Assembly: GCA_013239625.1 (NCBI GenBank)
Contig: MU054220.1
Location: 4,771,328-4,835,327, forward strand
Source: Lama guanicoe
Taxonomy: Eukaryota
Reading direction: 5' to 3'
Length of the DNA stretch: 64,000 bases
Part shown: positions 11,886 to 25,423 of the stretch, piece by piece
Layout of the letters: the number at the start of each line of letters is the position of its first letter
How positions within the stretch are numbered: position 1 is the first letter of the stretch
Position numbers and translations under genes: made by a program
The notes under the pieces: generated by a model
The model's database searches: none
What the model was told of the DNA's origin: nothing
Seen by the model: the letters and a program-made list of their open reading frames with translations, nothing else

Positions 11886-14800
11886 AGCATTAGGCTCCTT
11901 TGCTTGGTGTTGCCAATCATCCTTATTTAGATGTGCTGGATGACTTGTCCATTAGATCAGCTGCGTCCGCAATGCCAAAGACAACTCATTAGGACTGTCT
12001 AATTTCTTTGGTGTATTTTCAAGCACAGTCTCCAAAGAACACATGTCGACTCTTACATACCGCAGAATGCAAGAGACTAGGGCACTCAACTTCTCCAGAA
12101 AAGTCTGTAATTATTACTTATGATGATAATAAGCATTTTATATTTATATAGTGCTTTATACCCTCCAGTATATGCTATTTTATTAGAATTCAGAGCCACT
12201 ATTGTAATATGGATAAGCACTTATTATGGTCCGTATTTTACAAAGACAAAATGAAGACAGAGGTTTAGCAAGCTGCCTGAGACGATACAGTCCGTTAGTA
12301 ACTGAGCTGACTTCTGGATCCAGACCATTTCCCAGCACTCACAGGAAAAAAAGCCAATTTCATTCCATGGACCACCTCACACAGAAGCAGCATAAGATGG
12401 GGCAAGGAATTCCAGGCCAGTGTTCACATAGCTATTTATCCATCCAGTCCCCAGAAGTCCCCCAGATAATTCTAAGCTAGACCCGCTTTTCTGGAACAAG
12501 ACATTCTGCCCATTCTGACCACAGAAAACCTGGCCAAGTATTACTCTCGCCCTGTGTGGGAATCTCCCCTACACAGCAGCTCCCAACAGCAAATCCTGGA
12601 ATCTTACTGCAAAGAGCACCCTTAGATGGAGGACCTAACTCTGGGAAGCCCAAGTTTCCATCCTGCCTTAAAGCAGAATTAACAGCCAGCTGAGGTTGCA
12701 GAAGGGCAATTGCTATTTGATTTGTAATAGATAGAAAATACAAAATGGTACCATTGTAGAGGACATCACAACTTCTAAGGTGTTATTGAGAAGTTCTCAA
12801 TTTTAGGCTTTAAAATCATATTTAAGAGGTTGAAGGAAGATCATATAACTACATTCAACATAGGAAGTTGAGATTTGTCTTGCAGTGTGAGTGGTATGCA
12901 TCCTAGATCCAGGGGGCTGTGGAACCATGGCAAGAGACTAACTCATTAGAAGAATCCTGCATTAGGTGCAGGTAATGGATGATGATGGAAACCTTAGCTT
13001 TAACTATTTTTCCTGTTTTTGTTTCCATTTTTTTTTGACATCATCATTTCATTAACAACAGTAGCTGCCTTCGGATGACTTTTGTGGCATCTAAACATTA
13101 AAGCACATTAAAAATCACAAAACCAAGCTAACACACACAACTCTCAGAGAGGTCTACATGGACAAAACAGCAAACTTCCAACAATAGTAAATCTAAATAA
13201 AATGGACCTTTGCCCATATAAACCCATTAATGCAGTTTTAACATTGCCCTTCTTTAGAGAATAAAGGATCTCTAGCTTAATTGAAGATTTTTTGCCCAGA
13301 AAATTTTAAGCAGCACAGAATTCAATCAGTCTAGGCCAAAATAAATATCTACCTCTATATAATAAATTCTCAATAATTTGAAAGAAGAGAAATAAGAAAT
13401 TATTTAATATTCAGAATTACGATTTATTTAAAAATCATACATATTTTTTCATGTACAGTGCATATTATAAGGTAAGATATATCTGGGAATTAATAAGGAG
13501 AATGAAACATGTAGTTGAGATATTACAATTCAAAATAAGCCTGTGTTACATAATAATGATTTTTAAACACAAAAGCTCGATGTTATTTCATTTATTTCAA
13601 ATATTACTCAAACAGCATCACAATTTTTAAATGTTGGCTACAAAATTATCAGGTTAGGACATCAGTTATATGTCTTACTCTGTATTAACAGATTATGCCT
13701 ACATTTTCAGAGACTAATTTGGATTAAATTCTTATATAACTTTACCACTGAGCTAAAAATAAATGTGGAAAAATATTGGTCTGATTCTTTGAAGGATTTT
13801 TTTTAATTAGGAATAACATATTAAAATAAAGTTTTATGCAAACTTAATATGGCATAATCAGGACATAGATTTACGTGATCCTCAAAACAAAAACTCAATC
13901 ACCAAAAAACAAAAACAAAATAAAAACAAAACAAGCTTTTTTTAAGATTAAGCTATGGAATTTCAAATTATAAATAACAACTATTCCAAATTCATTTCTA
14001 TAACACATCACTTACAACCTTTTTTTCCAAACTGGCCAACAAAACTGTGCTTTATGAATCCCAGCAAATTTATACAACTACTTCTGTATCTATTCTTCTA
14101 CTTGGAATGAACTTTTTTCCCAAATTAACATAATCCTTTATGTTTTTTAAAAGAGAACAAAAGACACAGCACCCTAACAGGACAAGATGCTCGGAAACCA
14201 CATACAGACAGAGTAAAAATACAATCTAAGTTTTTTTTTTTAATAGTAAGGTTAATAAAAATAAAATCACATTTTGTAACATTTTTTTCACTCAAAAAGA
14301 TTTCAAAGTTCACCGAACTAAGATTTGCTTCACTCATTACTGATGTGTGTTCATCCCTGCAGAGGAAATGGGAGATCTGATTAACAGCAAAAGTATACTT
14401 CCAATATTACTGTCCTTCTGGACCAAAACATTTAAAAAGAATCCTCAGGAGAAAATGTTAACTGGAGTCCATTGCAGCTGTACCTCCTTAAATTGACCAA
14501 ACTAGGAGTCTGCCAGTCTTGATGCATGGAGCTTATCTGTGTCAGGAGCTGGGTGGGCACAAAACCTTCCACAGTCTCACCCCCAGCCTCAGTGTGTCTG
14601 AAAAATAGCTTTCTGGAAGCTTTGATGATGGAAGTCTTGTCTTTGAAGTAAAACAACCCTGTCTAGGGTTCATCTGTAATCCTGACCCTTTACAAGAGTA
14701 TTGGAACACAATGAACCCTAAGATTAGCCCAGAGAAGAAATAATCCCCTCTGCCTGACAAGGGAAAAACCCAGACCCAGACCCCACTCTCTCCCTAGACC

Positions 14801-14947
14801 CAAGTTCCCTGTGCTTCTTCCCAACGTCGCTTGCTGCACAAACCCACAATGACAACAGTCAAGACGAAGCAGCTGGATGACATCCATTAACTCAGATAGC
14901 CTCGAGCTAGCCATAGTTTCCAGTCCTTACCTCCTGCCCTCAAATGG

Positions 14948-15342
14948 TATTATGGGCTGAATATTTGTGTTCTCCCAAAATGCATATGTTGAAACCCTAA
15001 CCCCTAATGGGATGGTATTAGGAGGTGGGGCCTTTGGGAGGTAATTAGGTCCAAATGAGGTCACGAGAGTGAAGCCCCATAATGGGATTAGTGTCCTTAT
15101 AAGGAGAGGAAGAAGGACCAGAGCTTGCTCTCTCCATGCACACATGCCGAGGAAAGGCTATGGAAGCACACAGCAGGCAGGGGGCTGTCTACAAGCCAGG
15201 AAGCTGGCTCTCACCAGGAAACGAATCTGCCAGGAACTTGATTTTGAACTTCTAGCCTCCAGGACTATGAGAAATAAACACCTGCTACTTAAGTCAACCA
15301 GCCTTTAGTTATTTGTTATAGCAGCTTGAGCTGACTAAGACA
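14948..15342 (+). mobile_element. MaLR solo LTR (MLT1A-like)
   Basis: tattatgggctgaatatttgtgttctcccaaaatgcatatgttgaaaccctaacccc...ggtattaggaggtggggcctttgggagg...agaaataaa...ttgttatagcagc...actaagaca. Confidence 0.9.
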
Positions 15343-16779
15343 GGTGGCATAAATGCCTTTCTAACACAAACACCTGAGGACTGTTATTCATTGATCTGCT
15401 TATTTAGTGAATAACAATGAACCGAGTGCTGCTATGTGCCAGGCACTGCAACAGGCACATGGAGAATTAGCAGTGTGTGTCAGTAAGGGAAGCCCAAATC
15501 CCTGATCTCATAGAGTTCACATTCTTTCCCAAGCCGTCTCCCAAGACCACACTGGGAGCATCTCACCAAATTAGCTAGTTTTACAAAAGGACCAAATGTG
15601 TGTGTGCACTTTATTGGTACAATGGATTCACACTGTACCTTGATTTTAAAGGGTTCCTGTGTTTTTAAAGATATTATTTCCCCTACCCAAGCTGTTATCT
15701 CACAGAAATGGAAACGGGGCCCTTGCCGCAAGGAAAATACGAACTTTGTATTTATACATCCTTGTATTATTTAATTAGTTGAAATGAACATGTATTAATT
15801 TTGTAACTAAATATAATTCCATAAAAGTTTTTTTTTAACTTTGCTATCAGCCCCTCAATTTTCCTGAGAGACTGAAGCAAGACAGATGGAAGTGAATGAG
15901 GTCCAGAGAAAGATCCTGAGTTAAGAGGAAAGACGAGAACTGCCTCGCAGAAACTCCCTCCCTGGCACCAAATGAAATGACAACAGAGCCCTCCAGCAGC
16001 AACTAACAAGGGGCACAGCCGACACTGGAAGTGAAGCTCAAAAAGTGGTAGCTAAAAAAGGAAATCAATTCTAGGGTGGAGCTGGGCAGCAGGATGGCAA
16101 GGCTCCTAACTGCATCCTGATTTCTCAAAAGCTCTGGTGATGTCACGCCAATCATGAGAATTCTCACTAAACATTCCTAGCCTGGTAAGAAGAAAACTGA
16201 GGATATCCATGGTTTTCCTTCTTCACTGGGAAGTAGTGGAAACAGTCGTAAGATGCTTGAGAGATACAGAAGCAATGGACAAGGAGGCTGTCTCTGGTAG
16301 AAGTGGAGATGCCAGGGTATGTCTTGAATGGGGCATGGCTCTGAAGCCAGAAGTTATCGATCTATTAAAAGAAGATGCACCCCCCTCCCAACCTGAACCT
16401 CGTGTGAACACTGGTCCAAGACAACTAATACAACTTCCAAGGGAGAGCAGAGCCCAAGCTGTCTAACAAAGCCTGCCTCAGGTAAGTCCTCTCTCCTCCC
16501 TTGCTCTCAGGCTATAGAAAAACCTGGGTAGCTCTTAAAGTGTAGACCTTAAGGAAAAAACAAATGATACTGTGAGATCAGTCAAGACATCACTAACACT
16601 ATAAAAGTAAAGACAGGGAAAATACAATATAGATAGAACTGCCAAAGCATGATCAAAACAAAAAGAAAAAGAAAGGCACCAATACAAGTCTATATAAGAC
16701 ACACACACGCACACACACACAGACGTGCACACACACACACAGCATGCAAAAGACACACAAATAACCAGGCTGGAAAATA

Positions 16780-17091
16780 TAAGAAAGAGAAGCAAAATTT
16801 TTCACATGAGCATTTAACTAAAGAGTAACTGAATAAAAACATGAGTTCAAAAGATGATTCAAAACACCAGAACAATTTGAAAAAAGAAACCATAGATCAA
16901 AGGAAACAAGTGGATGCCAAAATGATATCATTAAAAAAATATAATAAATAAAAATACCAAAGGTATAGAATAGACACAGCTGAAAATAAATTACAGTTAT
17001 AGAATTAAGGTTGAAATAATCAAAGTAAATGTATATGAAAAAGACAAATTAAAGCAAATCAGGGAGAAGCCAATTAACACGGAGGGTAAAA

Positions 17092-17134
<43 letters not shown>

Positions 17135-18200
17135 TCTTTAAAGCAGCAAACTCAACAAATAAAGCATGAAAAAGTATTAAAAGAACTAACACAAGAAAAT
17201 TTCCCTAAAAAAATATTACCTTTATAACAGAGATTATATGTGCCACACACTATTCTATGCACTTTACATAATTACTTCAAATCATCCACAATTCTATGAG
17301 GTAGATATAATTATTTACAGTACAGCTAAAGAAACTGAGGTACAAAGAGACTAAGTAACTTGCTAAGATCTTACAGTGAATAATATTAAGCCACGTAGAA
17401 TTGAATCTGTCTATTGAAAAGTACTCACTGGGTTCTAGAAACATGGAATGTAAAACTCACAAGGCCGAAATATAACATCAGGGATAAAGAAAAAACTCTT
17501 CACACATTGAGTCAGAAAATGTAAGTTACTTACAATGGGAAATAATCATGCTGACATCCTTATCCACAATAACACTCAATGCCAGAAAGATAATGGAGAA
17601 ATAACTATGTAGTTCTTTAGAAATAAAGTGTGACCCAAGAATAGTAATATAAAGGCAACATATATAAAAGAACTCATTGAAACAGTAGCAGTAAGTTGTC
17701 TTAGAAGAAAAAAAAGTGTTTATAATGAAATCCAGCAAATTATAAAATAAATCCAAATAAAGAGCTCAAGGATGGAGAAGCTGTAGTAAAAGAATATAAT
17801 AAAAAGTACATATACTAGACAATAGCTATGAGTTATGGCTATAGAAATGATATGAAACCTAATAGTGCACAAATAATAATAACATAACCAAAAGACAATA
17901 ACAAAATAATGAGACATAACAGTAAAGATCAAAATGAGGGAGGAGGAGGTGGGAGGAAGAAAAAGAGTGCTTTCATGCAGGGAATAAATCAATACTTTCT
18001 AAAACAGAATCATTCAGGGTGAAAAATGATGGCTACAACTTGTTAAGGTACTTCATAATCTCTTAAAATTAGAAGGGATATTTTAAGAAATGGTATTTCC
18101 TGTGATAAAGAAATGTTTATTTGAAATTTGGTAATTCCTTTGACTTCTTTTTCTTCTTTCAATTTAAGTAAAATCAAATGCAATAACTCTATTTCAAAAT
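16780..18200 (+). mobile_element. ancient L1/HAL1 ORF1-like region, decayed (contains a MIR at ~17215-17400 and (AAT)n at 17092-17131)
   Basis: agaatagacacagctgaaaataaatta, agggataaagaaaaaactctt, aacactcaatgccagaaagataatggag and gacccaagaata are typical L1 ORF1 motifs. Boundaries are uncertain. Confidence 0.55.
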
Positions 18201-18439
18201 AGTAGTATGATCTCATTTTGCGTTAGAGCAATAATACATTGAATATCTATCACCATTCATTCATTCATCCATCCATTCATTCTGTTTGTATGTGCCTTAA
18301 AAATCTTTAAAATCACAAACTTTTTAAAAAGCATAAAATGTCTTTAAAAACAAAAACAATAAAGTGATTTTTATTTAAAGAGAGAAAATTATAATAATTG
18401 ATTTGGAAAATTGGATGGGTTTTAAAAAAATCTCCTCTT

Positions 18440-19065
18440 TTATATGGTAGAAAACTAAACATGTAAAATGGTGCAGCATACTATGGAAAACAATTTCCTC
18501 AAAAAATTAAAAACAGAACCATCATATGATTCAGCAATTCTACTTCTGGGTATTTTTCCAAAGAAAACAAAAACACCAGTTCGAAGATATATGCGCCCCT
18601 ATGTTCATTGCAGCGTTATTCACAATAGTCAAGATATGGAAACAACCTAAGTGCCCATCAATAGATGAATGGATAAAGAAGATGTGAGATATATATATAT
18701 ACACACACACGCACATATATATATACATACACACACACACACACACACAATGGAATATTACTCAGCCATAAAAATATATGAAATCTGGCCTTTTGTGACA
18801 ACGTGAATGGACCTGGAGGGTATTATCCTTAGTGAAATAAGACAGAGAAAGACGAAAAGCATATGATGTCACTTATATGTGGAATCTAAAAAACAAAACA
18901 AATGAACAAACATAACAAAACAAAAACAGAGTCATAGATACAGAAAACAAATAGGTGGCTGCTGGAGGGGAGGAGAGTAGGGGGATGAGAAAAATAGGTT
19001 AGGGAGATTAAGAGATACAAGCTTTTAATTACAAAATAAGCGAATCACTGGTATGAAATGTAAAA
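18440..19065 (+). mobile_element. L1 (L1MA/L1MB-type) 3' region with internal (TA)/(CA) microsatellite
   Basis: atgttcattgcagcgttattcacaatagtcaagatatggaaacaacctaagtgcccatcaatagatgaatggataaagaagatgtg; tcacttatatgtggaatctaaaaa. Confidence 0.9.
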
Positions 19066-22000
19066 CAAAACAAAACAAAACCAGAATGAGATTAAGCATT
19101 CAGGGACACCTAGGCTGTTGTGATTTGAGCCAACAAGTTCATTCCATTTCGGTATCCTGATTTCCTACTGGGAATTTAAGCAGTGCAGAAAAGCATCAAA
19201 AAGAAAGTTTTAAGAAAAATCACACCAAGTCCTACCATCTAGAAATAACCACAATTACTGTTAAGTGAGCATCATTATAGAGAATTTTTATCCAGATATC
19301 CAGATATAAGAATCAGTGGATAGATAGATAGTTGAACAGATAGAAATAATATGACAAAAATGGAATGAGATTATATGTGCTATTTACTAACAAACAAAAG
19401 ATTCCTTTTAATTCCTAAACCATGCTATTGCCCAAAGTGATATACAAAAGCAGATTGTTTAATATCCAGTTTAAGGTCTATGCCCTCAAGCATAATTGCT
19501 TCACTGGATACATGCACCAATAGGCTGTCCTACCTCCACACACAGACAAGAGCCTACTCGCCAGGTGATCTATAGCATCCAGGGGTCTGACTGAGTCTTG
19601 TCTGCACCCACAAAAGGGATTTCCCCTGCCTGACTGGTCACACCCCACTCTGACATGGACGACACACTACAGGGACATCAGAGCAGAGACTTGAGATGCA
19701 TGCTTAGGAAAAGTTTCAAAGGGAAGAGCAGTTGAATGCAAGAGGAAGAGGGCGTGGGAACAATGATGTGAGCCCTTAGGAGCATAAAGGGAAACTAGGC
19801 AGAACAGAGGGCAAGAGGACAGAGCAAGAAAGGACGGGAGCCGCAGGGTGGCGAGAAGCCAAAGGAGGGTCTGGTTCCCACCCTGAGGCTCACAGAAAGA
19901 CACTTTCTTCCTGGCCATGAATGGGCATGAACAGAAACAGGGATGTAAGAGAAGAGAATCAATGAGATCGAGTCTGTAGGGGAAAAAGACCTCAGATTGA
20001 GAAATTGATCTTTAAGTAAACAGAGGTTCAAAATCATGATTAAAATACAGCTTTTATTAGCGAGGCCTACATCTAGTACACATGCAGCAAGATGGCGCAC
20101 AGAACCTGACAGGTTCCGCTTCCTCAGCTAGGGGAGGAGGTACTGCCTTATCTGGGGACACAATTCAACAGGAGCATTAAGTGACCCAGGAGATCAGACA
20201 CATAAGACATAATATAACTCTGGGTGAAGACATTGGATATTCGGAGGTCATTCTTTCACCCAAGCCATGAGCTATTTGCACCCCAGGAATGATACTTCAC
20301 AGCACGCACAGCAGCAGGACGCCCATTAACTTGGTTGCTTCTTGGAGGACTCTGACTGGTCCTGGGTACCCTGAGTTCTCAGGGAAGACAACTATGGCTC
20401 ACGTAGTTTCTCAGATCACCAGGCTCTGTGATCACCTGGATGGTGTCACCCTACCTGGGTTTATAACAAGTATTGTCACATATCTTTACTTCCCTTTAAG
20501 CAATTAAAAAAAAAAAAGCAGAAGTTCTTTCCTAATGACCAGAACTAAGCATTGAGCCACTTGTTTCCATTTTCTTGCTCTTCCAAATCACTCTTTAATA
20601 TTATAACCAGAGATCCACTCTCGAGTCTAAAGCCTTCTGTGACTCTGTAATGCCTTGGAAAGTTAGTGCACGGTCCTTTGCGCAGCATTCAGCTTCCTCT
20701 ACAACCTGGCCCCTAACTACCTTTGTAGTTTCCTTTTCATATTTATCATTCCAATCATCATTGCTCCAATCACAATACAGGACGTAATATTTCCAGAATA
20801 CACCATGCACCCTCCACTCTAGATTTCGATCGTGGGTTTCCACAGCCAGGAATGCCTTCATTCATTATCTGTCTATCAAAATCCTGATACAACTTACAAG
20901 ACGCAGCTCGAATGTTCCCCACCCCCAAACTCCACCCCCGAATTCCCATCAGAAATAAGCTTCCTTCCTTTCAGGGCCACGACAATTAATTCTGACCCCT
21001 AGTTAGACTAAATCATTTTGCCTTATATTGGTTGCTGTTTAAATCTGTCTTAATTTAAATCTATCCTTATTGGTAGTCAGTGAAGGAACGTTTATTGAAC
21101 ATCTACTATGGATGCCAAGCACTTTCACAGACATCATCTAATTTATCCTTCTGTTGCTAATATGCAGCAGAGTGTGCACACATTTCAGGTATTTATGAAT
21201 ATTTCTTATATTATTCTACGAGAAGGGAAACATTTGATAGCTTCAGACAGGAGGTCACTAAAAGATGTCTCTTTTAGGGGACATAATGAAAAAATTGAGA
21301 AAAAGAGATTGATCAATTCAGTTGGATGGCATAGAGAAGGGGTGATAAATAGTCTTTGATAATTCTGTCTTACAAAAATGCCCTAGCCAGAAAAGGATAC
21401 TATCTTTTTTTTTTATGCTGTTTTTTTTTTTTTTTGACCCACCCAGGAACTCAGCATCACATCTCCGTTCTGCCCCGAGCCATCAGACTAGATGGTTCTA
21501 ACCCTAGACCAGTCATTAGGTCTCCGTGAACTTTAGGCAAAACAGAGCCCTTCACTGTATGTCACTTCTTCCTCTTGTAAAATGGAGAGTTTGGGTTGGA
21601 TGACCTCGGGGATATCTATCAGTTCCATAATCTTTAGAATCCTAAGATTCTTTTTGTTGAACAGACATATGCAAAATGACTTGAACATTGGCTAATTCTT
21701 CAGGCCAACCTGTAAGTATCAAATAATGGAAGATTATGTACACAGGGCAATAGATCTGTGTGTGTGTGTGTTTCTGTGTGTGTGTGTGTATGTGTGTGTG
21801 TCTGTGTGTTCTGAGAATTTTTTTTTTGCATGTACTTTGAGGGGAGAGGTGGAAAACTCAATCCATGAAAGTATATTTTCAAGAAATTTAAAAATTAACC
21901 CAAATGAATACATACACATTATAAATACATTACTTGATTACTCCCCACTAGGGGTTACCATGCTTGTTGTTGTTAATAAAAAAATTAATGAAGGGTCATT

Positions 22001-24669
22001 TTAAATACACTAATTTTACAGTTGAAGATGGTTTAAAAAAACCCACAGACCTATAGACCTCAGCAATCAACATTAATAAGTAAGTCCTCTTTATTTACAT
22101 CAAGCATCTGACTAATCACCCAGAAGGACCTTCTTTTGACTCAATGAGTGAATAAATCAAGTGTTGCATCCACTTCTGCAGGGAGAGAGGGAGCAAGTTA
22201 TAATCGATTTTAGCCAGATCATCAATGAAGGCATATCACTCACTGCTTAATAACCAGTTGATCAGGATTCAACTATTGTTTTCAAAATCATCAATTAGAC
22301 TGGATGAAAACTCCCCTCAGACAGGCCTGGGTGACAAGACACAGCTTCTATATCGAGTGTGTGCATATCCATGTAGCCACGCGAGCCTGAGAACCTTCAG
22401 CTTGGTCTTGGTGGAGCCCACCACAGCTCTCTGCCTCCCCAAGGATAAAAGGAGACCTTTGCTTCCTCTGCTGTCAGAGAAATCCAAGGGGCTTCAGTGA
22501 CGCTAGGGTCAAGGTCAGACTTACATCTTTGTTTATATCAAATGTTTACTTTGTGCAGCTCTGATATTTCATCAAGACTGTTTTACCCAAAGCCACATCA
22601 TAATGGGTCTCAAATATAGAAATTCTCCAGTCACCCCCAATAAAAATGCTCTGCCTACAAAACGTATTTGCTCTGCAGGGGGTAAAAACTTGAAAAAAAC
22701 AAGACAAAAAATTTTTGATTGTGTACTTTTCAGAAGGGGTGGCGGGGAACATATATCATAAAATTCTGAAGAAAAGAAAATATCCCCCCCCAAAAAGAAA
22801 AAAGAAAAATGATTAATGTATTTCACAAGGTAAAAAATATTTTTAAGGCAAACATAGGAGGAACAGAAGAAGGGTGTTTCTGAAACAAGGAGCTAAATAC
22901 AGTCAGTTCATTACCTCTTAGAGGCCAAACTAAGCCAGTCTACAAAAAGGGGCACAGATCAATGTTAAATCAACACAATATTTAAAAATTTAAAAGAAAG
23001 AAAGAAAAGAAAAAAAATCAAATTAGTCAATAAAATTTTGAACCAAAATTTCAAGAGAATATTTTTAAGGTTCAACTTCCCCATATATTTTAGTACATAG
23101 CCTTTTAAAAGTATTTTTTTTCACTGCACTGATTGCCTTTCCTAAAATCAAATATGTTATTTCTTTATTTACTGAAAATTCCCCCCCCAAAGAACATTTC
23201 CCTCCAAATCCATATTTTCAATATATTAATAAAATAGATTCAACATTTTTATGGTTTGTTTTTGTAGCATTTGCTAGCATATTTTTTTTTTCCCTGAAAG
23301 AAGATCCTTCCCCAAAGTTGTATTTTTTTATTCAGGATATTTAAAAGTAATTATTATTTTTTCAAGGATTGTGTCATTATGCAGTAATTAAGATTCTAAA
23401 AAGTTTACGATCTTTATGACTCAGAAAGCCCTTAATCCAATTATCAGGGTGAAGGATGAATTGACCTTTTCTCCTTCCAATCCTGTTTCTAGTTTAGGGG
23501 GGAAAAATCTCTTTCAGGAAATACTGATTTCTATATTTACCAAAATATGATGGCAAATTTAACAGCAGTGAAGTTTTTAATCAGCTTGACACATCAATTT
23601 AAAAAAATACTTCTTGTGTATAAATTTTGGGTTTGTGTATGTGTGCTCCTGCAAGAAGAGAGTGGCACAGAAAAGAATTTCATTTGATGTTTATACTATG
23701 TGTTTAAACCTACTTCAAATAGTCCTCTACATTTAATTTCCTGTGGTCAGGCATTCTCTTTCCCTTTTTTTTTCTGTTTTACTTTTTCTTTCTTTAATTA
23801 TCCTGCCATATATATTATTTCCTTTTTTGCTTATTAGCAATGTTTTAAATAACAAAATCATCAGTAAATAATGATGGTTACAGCCACATTGATGTTATAA
23901 TTATATTACCTACTGCTTTCCTTTTAAGGATCTCAAGGTAGTTTACAAAGAGAAAATAAAATCAGCGTTCCTTCTCTTGTCACAGGATTTAGAAATTTGA
24001 CAGTTGTAATTTTGGGGGGCACATGATACTGGTGCTAAACCATCCTAGACAATGCCTTTCCTACATCACTGTTGGGATTTCCCCATATTCAAGTTTGGAG
24101 AATAAAAATTTTATTTATTTAAAGATGTTTTTATTTAGCATTGTCAGACAGAGCTCCATAATCAGTCTTTTTAAAAAGGCAAAAAGGGTTCTAAGGTTTA
24201 ATTCAGAGTTGAGGGTAATCTATTTTTGATGAAAAGACTATCCTATGTCAAAATTAATGTCAATATTTAGCTTATTTATGTGGCTGAGTCCACTTTAATT
24301 TTAAATGAAATTTAGAGGACTGTATCTTCTAGTGTAACAGCCAGCCTAAGCCAGCATGAGACTATGTTTTAACATTAAGTTACCTTCAGATACAAATAGT
24401 TAAATTCTATCTTCAAAGTAAGAAAGATGGGCTAATGTCTCTGCTTGTGATAGCATATGTTATGTGCATGTGTTTGCACATACGTGTACAAACAAAAAAA
24501 CACCATAATGAAATTAAGTGGACAGATGCCCAGCATACAATTTCAGGGCTTTGATGACATCACTGAGCTAAGATGTGAGGATAAGGTCCCTGCACCTCTC
24601 TTTACTCTGTCTTCTCCGAATCACTTCCTAGCTAGTGACACATTTTCCCCTCATCCTTCGAGGATCTTT

Positions 24670-24828
24670 TTTTTTTTTTTTAATTTACAATGGTGTGTTA
24701 GGTTCTCGTGTATAGCGTAGTGATTCAGTTATATATATATATATAACTGAATATATATGTATATATATATATATACATTTTCATATTCTTTTTCACTATA
24801 GGTTATTACAAGATATTGAGTATAGTTC
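24670..24828 (-). mobile_element. short L1 3' end
   Basis: polyT then aatttacaatggtgtgttagg...tgattcagttata...taggttattacaagatattgagtatagttccc. TSD cctt(c/t)gaggatcttt at 24655-24669 and 24829-24843. Confidence 0.85.
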
Positions 24829-25423
24829 CCTTTGAGGATCTTTGAAGACCACAGCCTCCTTCCCCGACTTTCCATAAATGTATATTAGTCTCCAAGAGTA
24901 CATAATACCAAAAATATAATTCTGACCCCCTTGAAGAGAAAGAAGAATTGGCATACATCAACTTCCCTCCCTGACGACCATAAAAATCTCCATTCAAAAA
25001 AAAAAAAAAAAGACAGCTCTACAAGCCCTATTTTCCCCCATAAGTTTGCATATTAACAGGCAACAGGAAAAAATGGAAAAAGATTTGTGTATACAGAAAA
25101 ATTGTCCCTGGGGTTGTGCCTGTCTGCCCAGGAAAATGGCTGTGAGAGGAGTGAGCAATTGCTTAAGGAATTTCATCATTTTAATCGCCTCCTGTAACCA
25201 TCTTCTTTTTCCTGTGGCAGACTTGGGACATTTAAATGCAACAGGTTGATGACCATGCAAGGTATGAAAAACAAACAATTGTGAAATTTTTTAAAAAAAA
25301 TTTAATTTGGAGCAATTCTGTGACTTAGGTTTTTATACTTTTGGGGGGAATATACGATTTTTTAATTGTAATCTTTTTGGGAGATTTCCATAAACTTCAT
25401 TTATTTCCATAATCTGACTCCTC

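Noticed and set aside
20085..20100. cagcaagatggcgc, a CTCF/YY1-like motif
   Set aside because: Isolated, with mismatches to both consensus motifs and no supporting context.
22000..24450. AT-rich, repeat-poor stretch with homeobox-like TAAT motifs as a possible conserved enhancer
   Set aside because: Such motifs are expected at this AT content, and conservation cannot be judged without an alignment.
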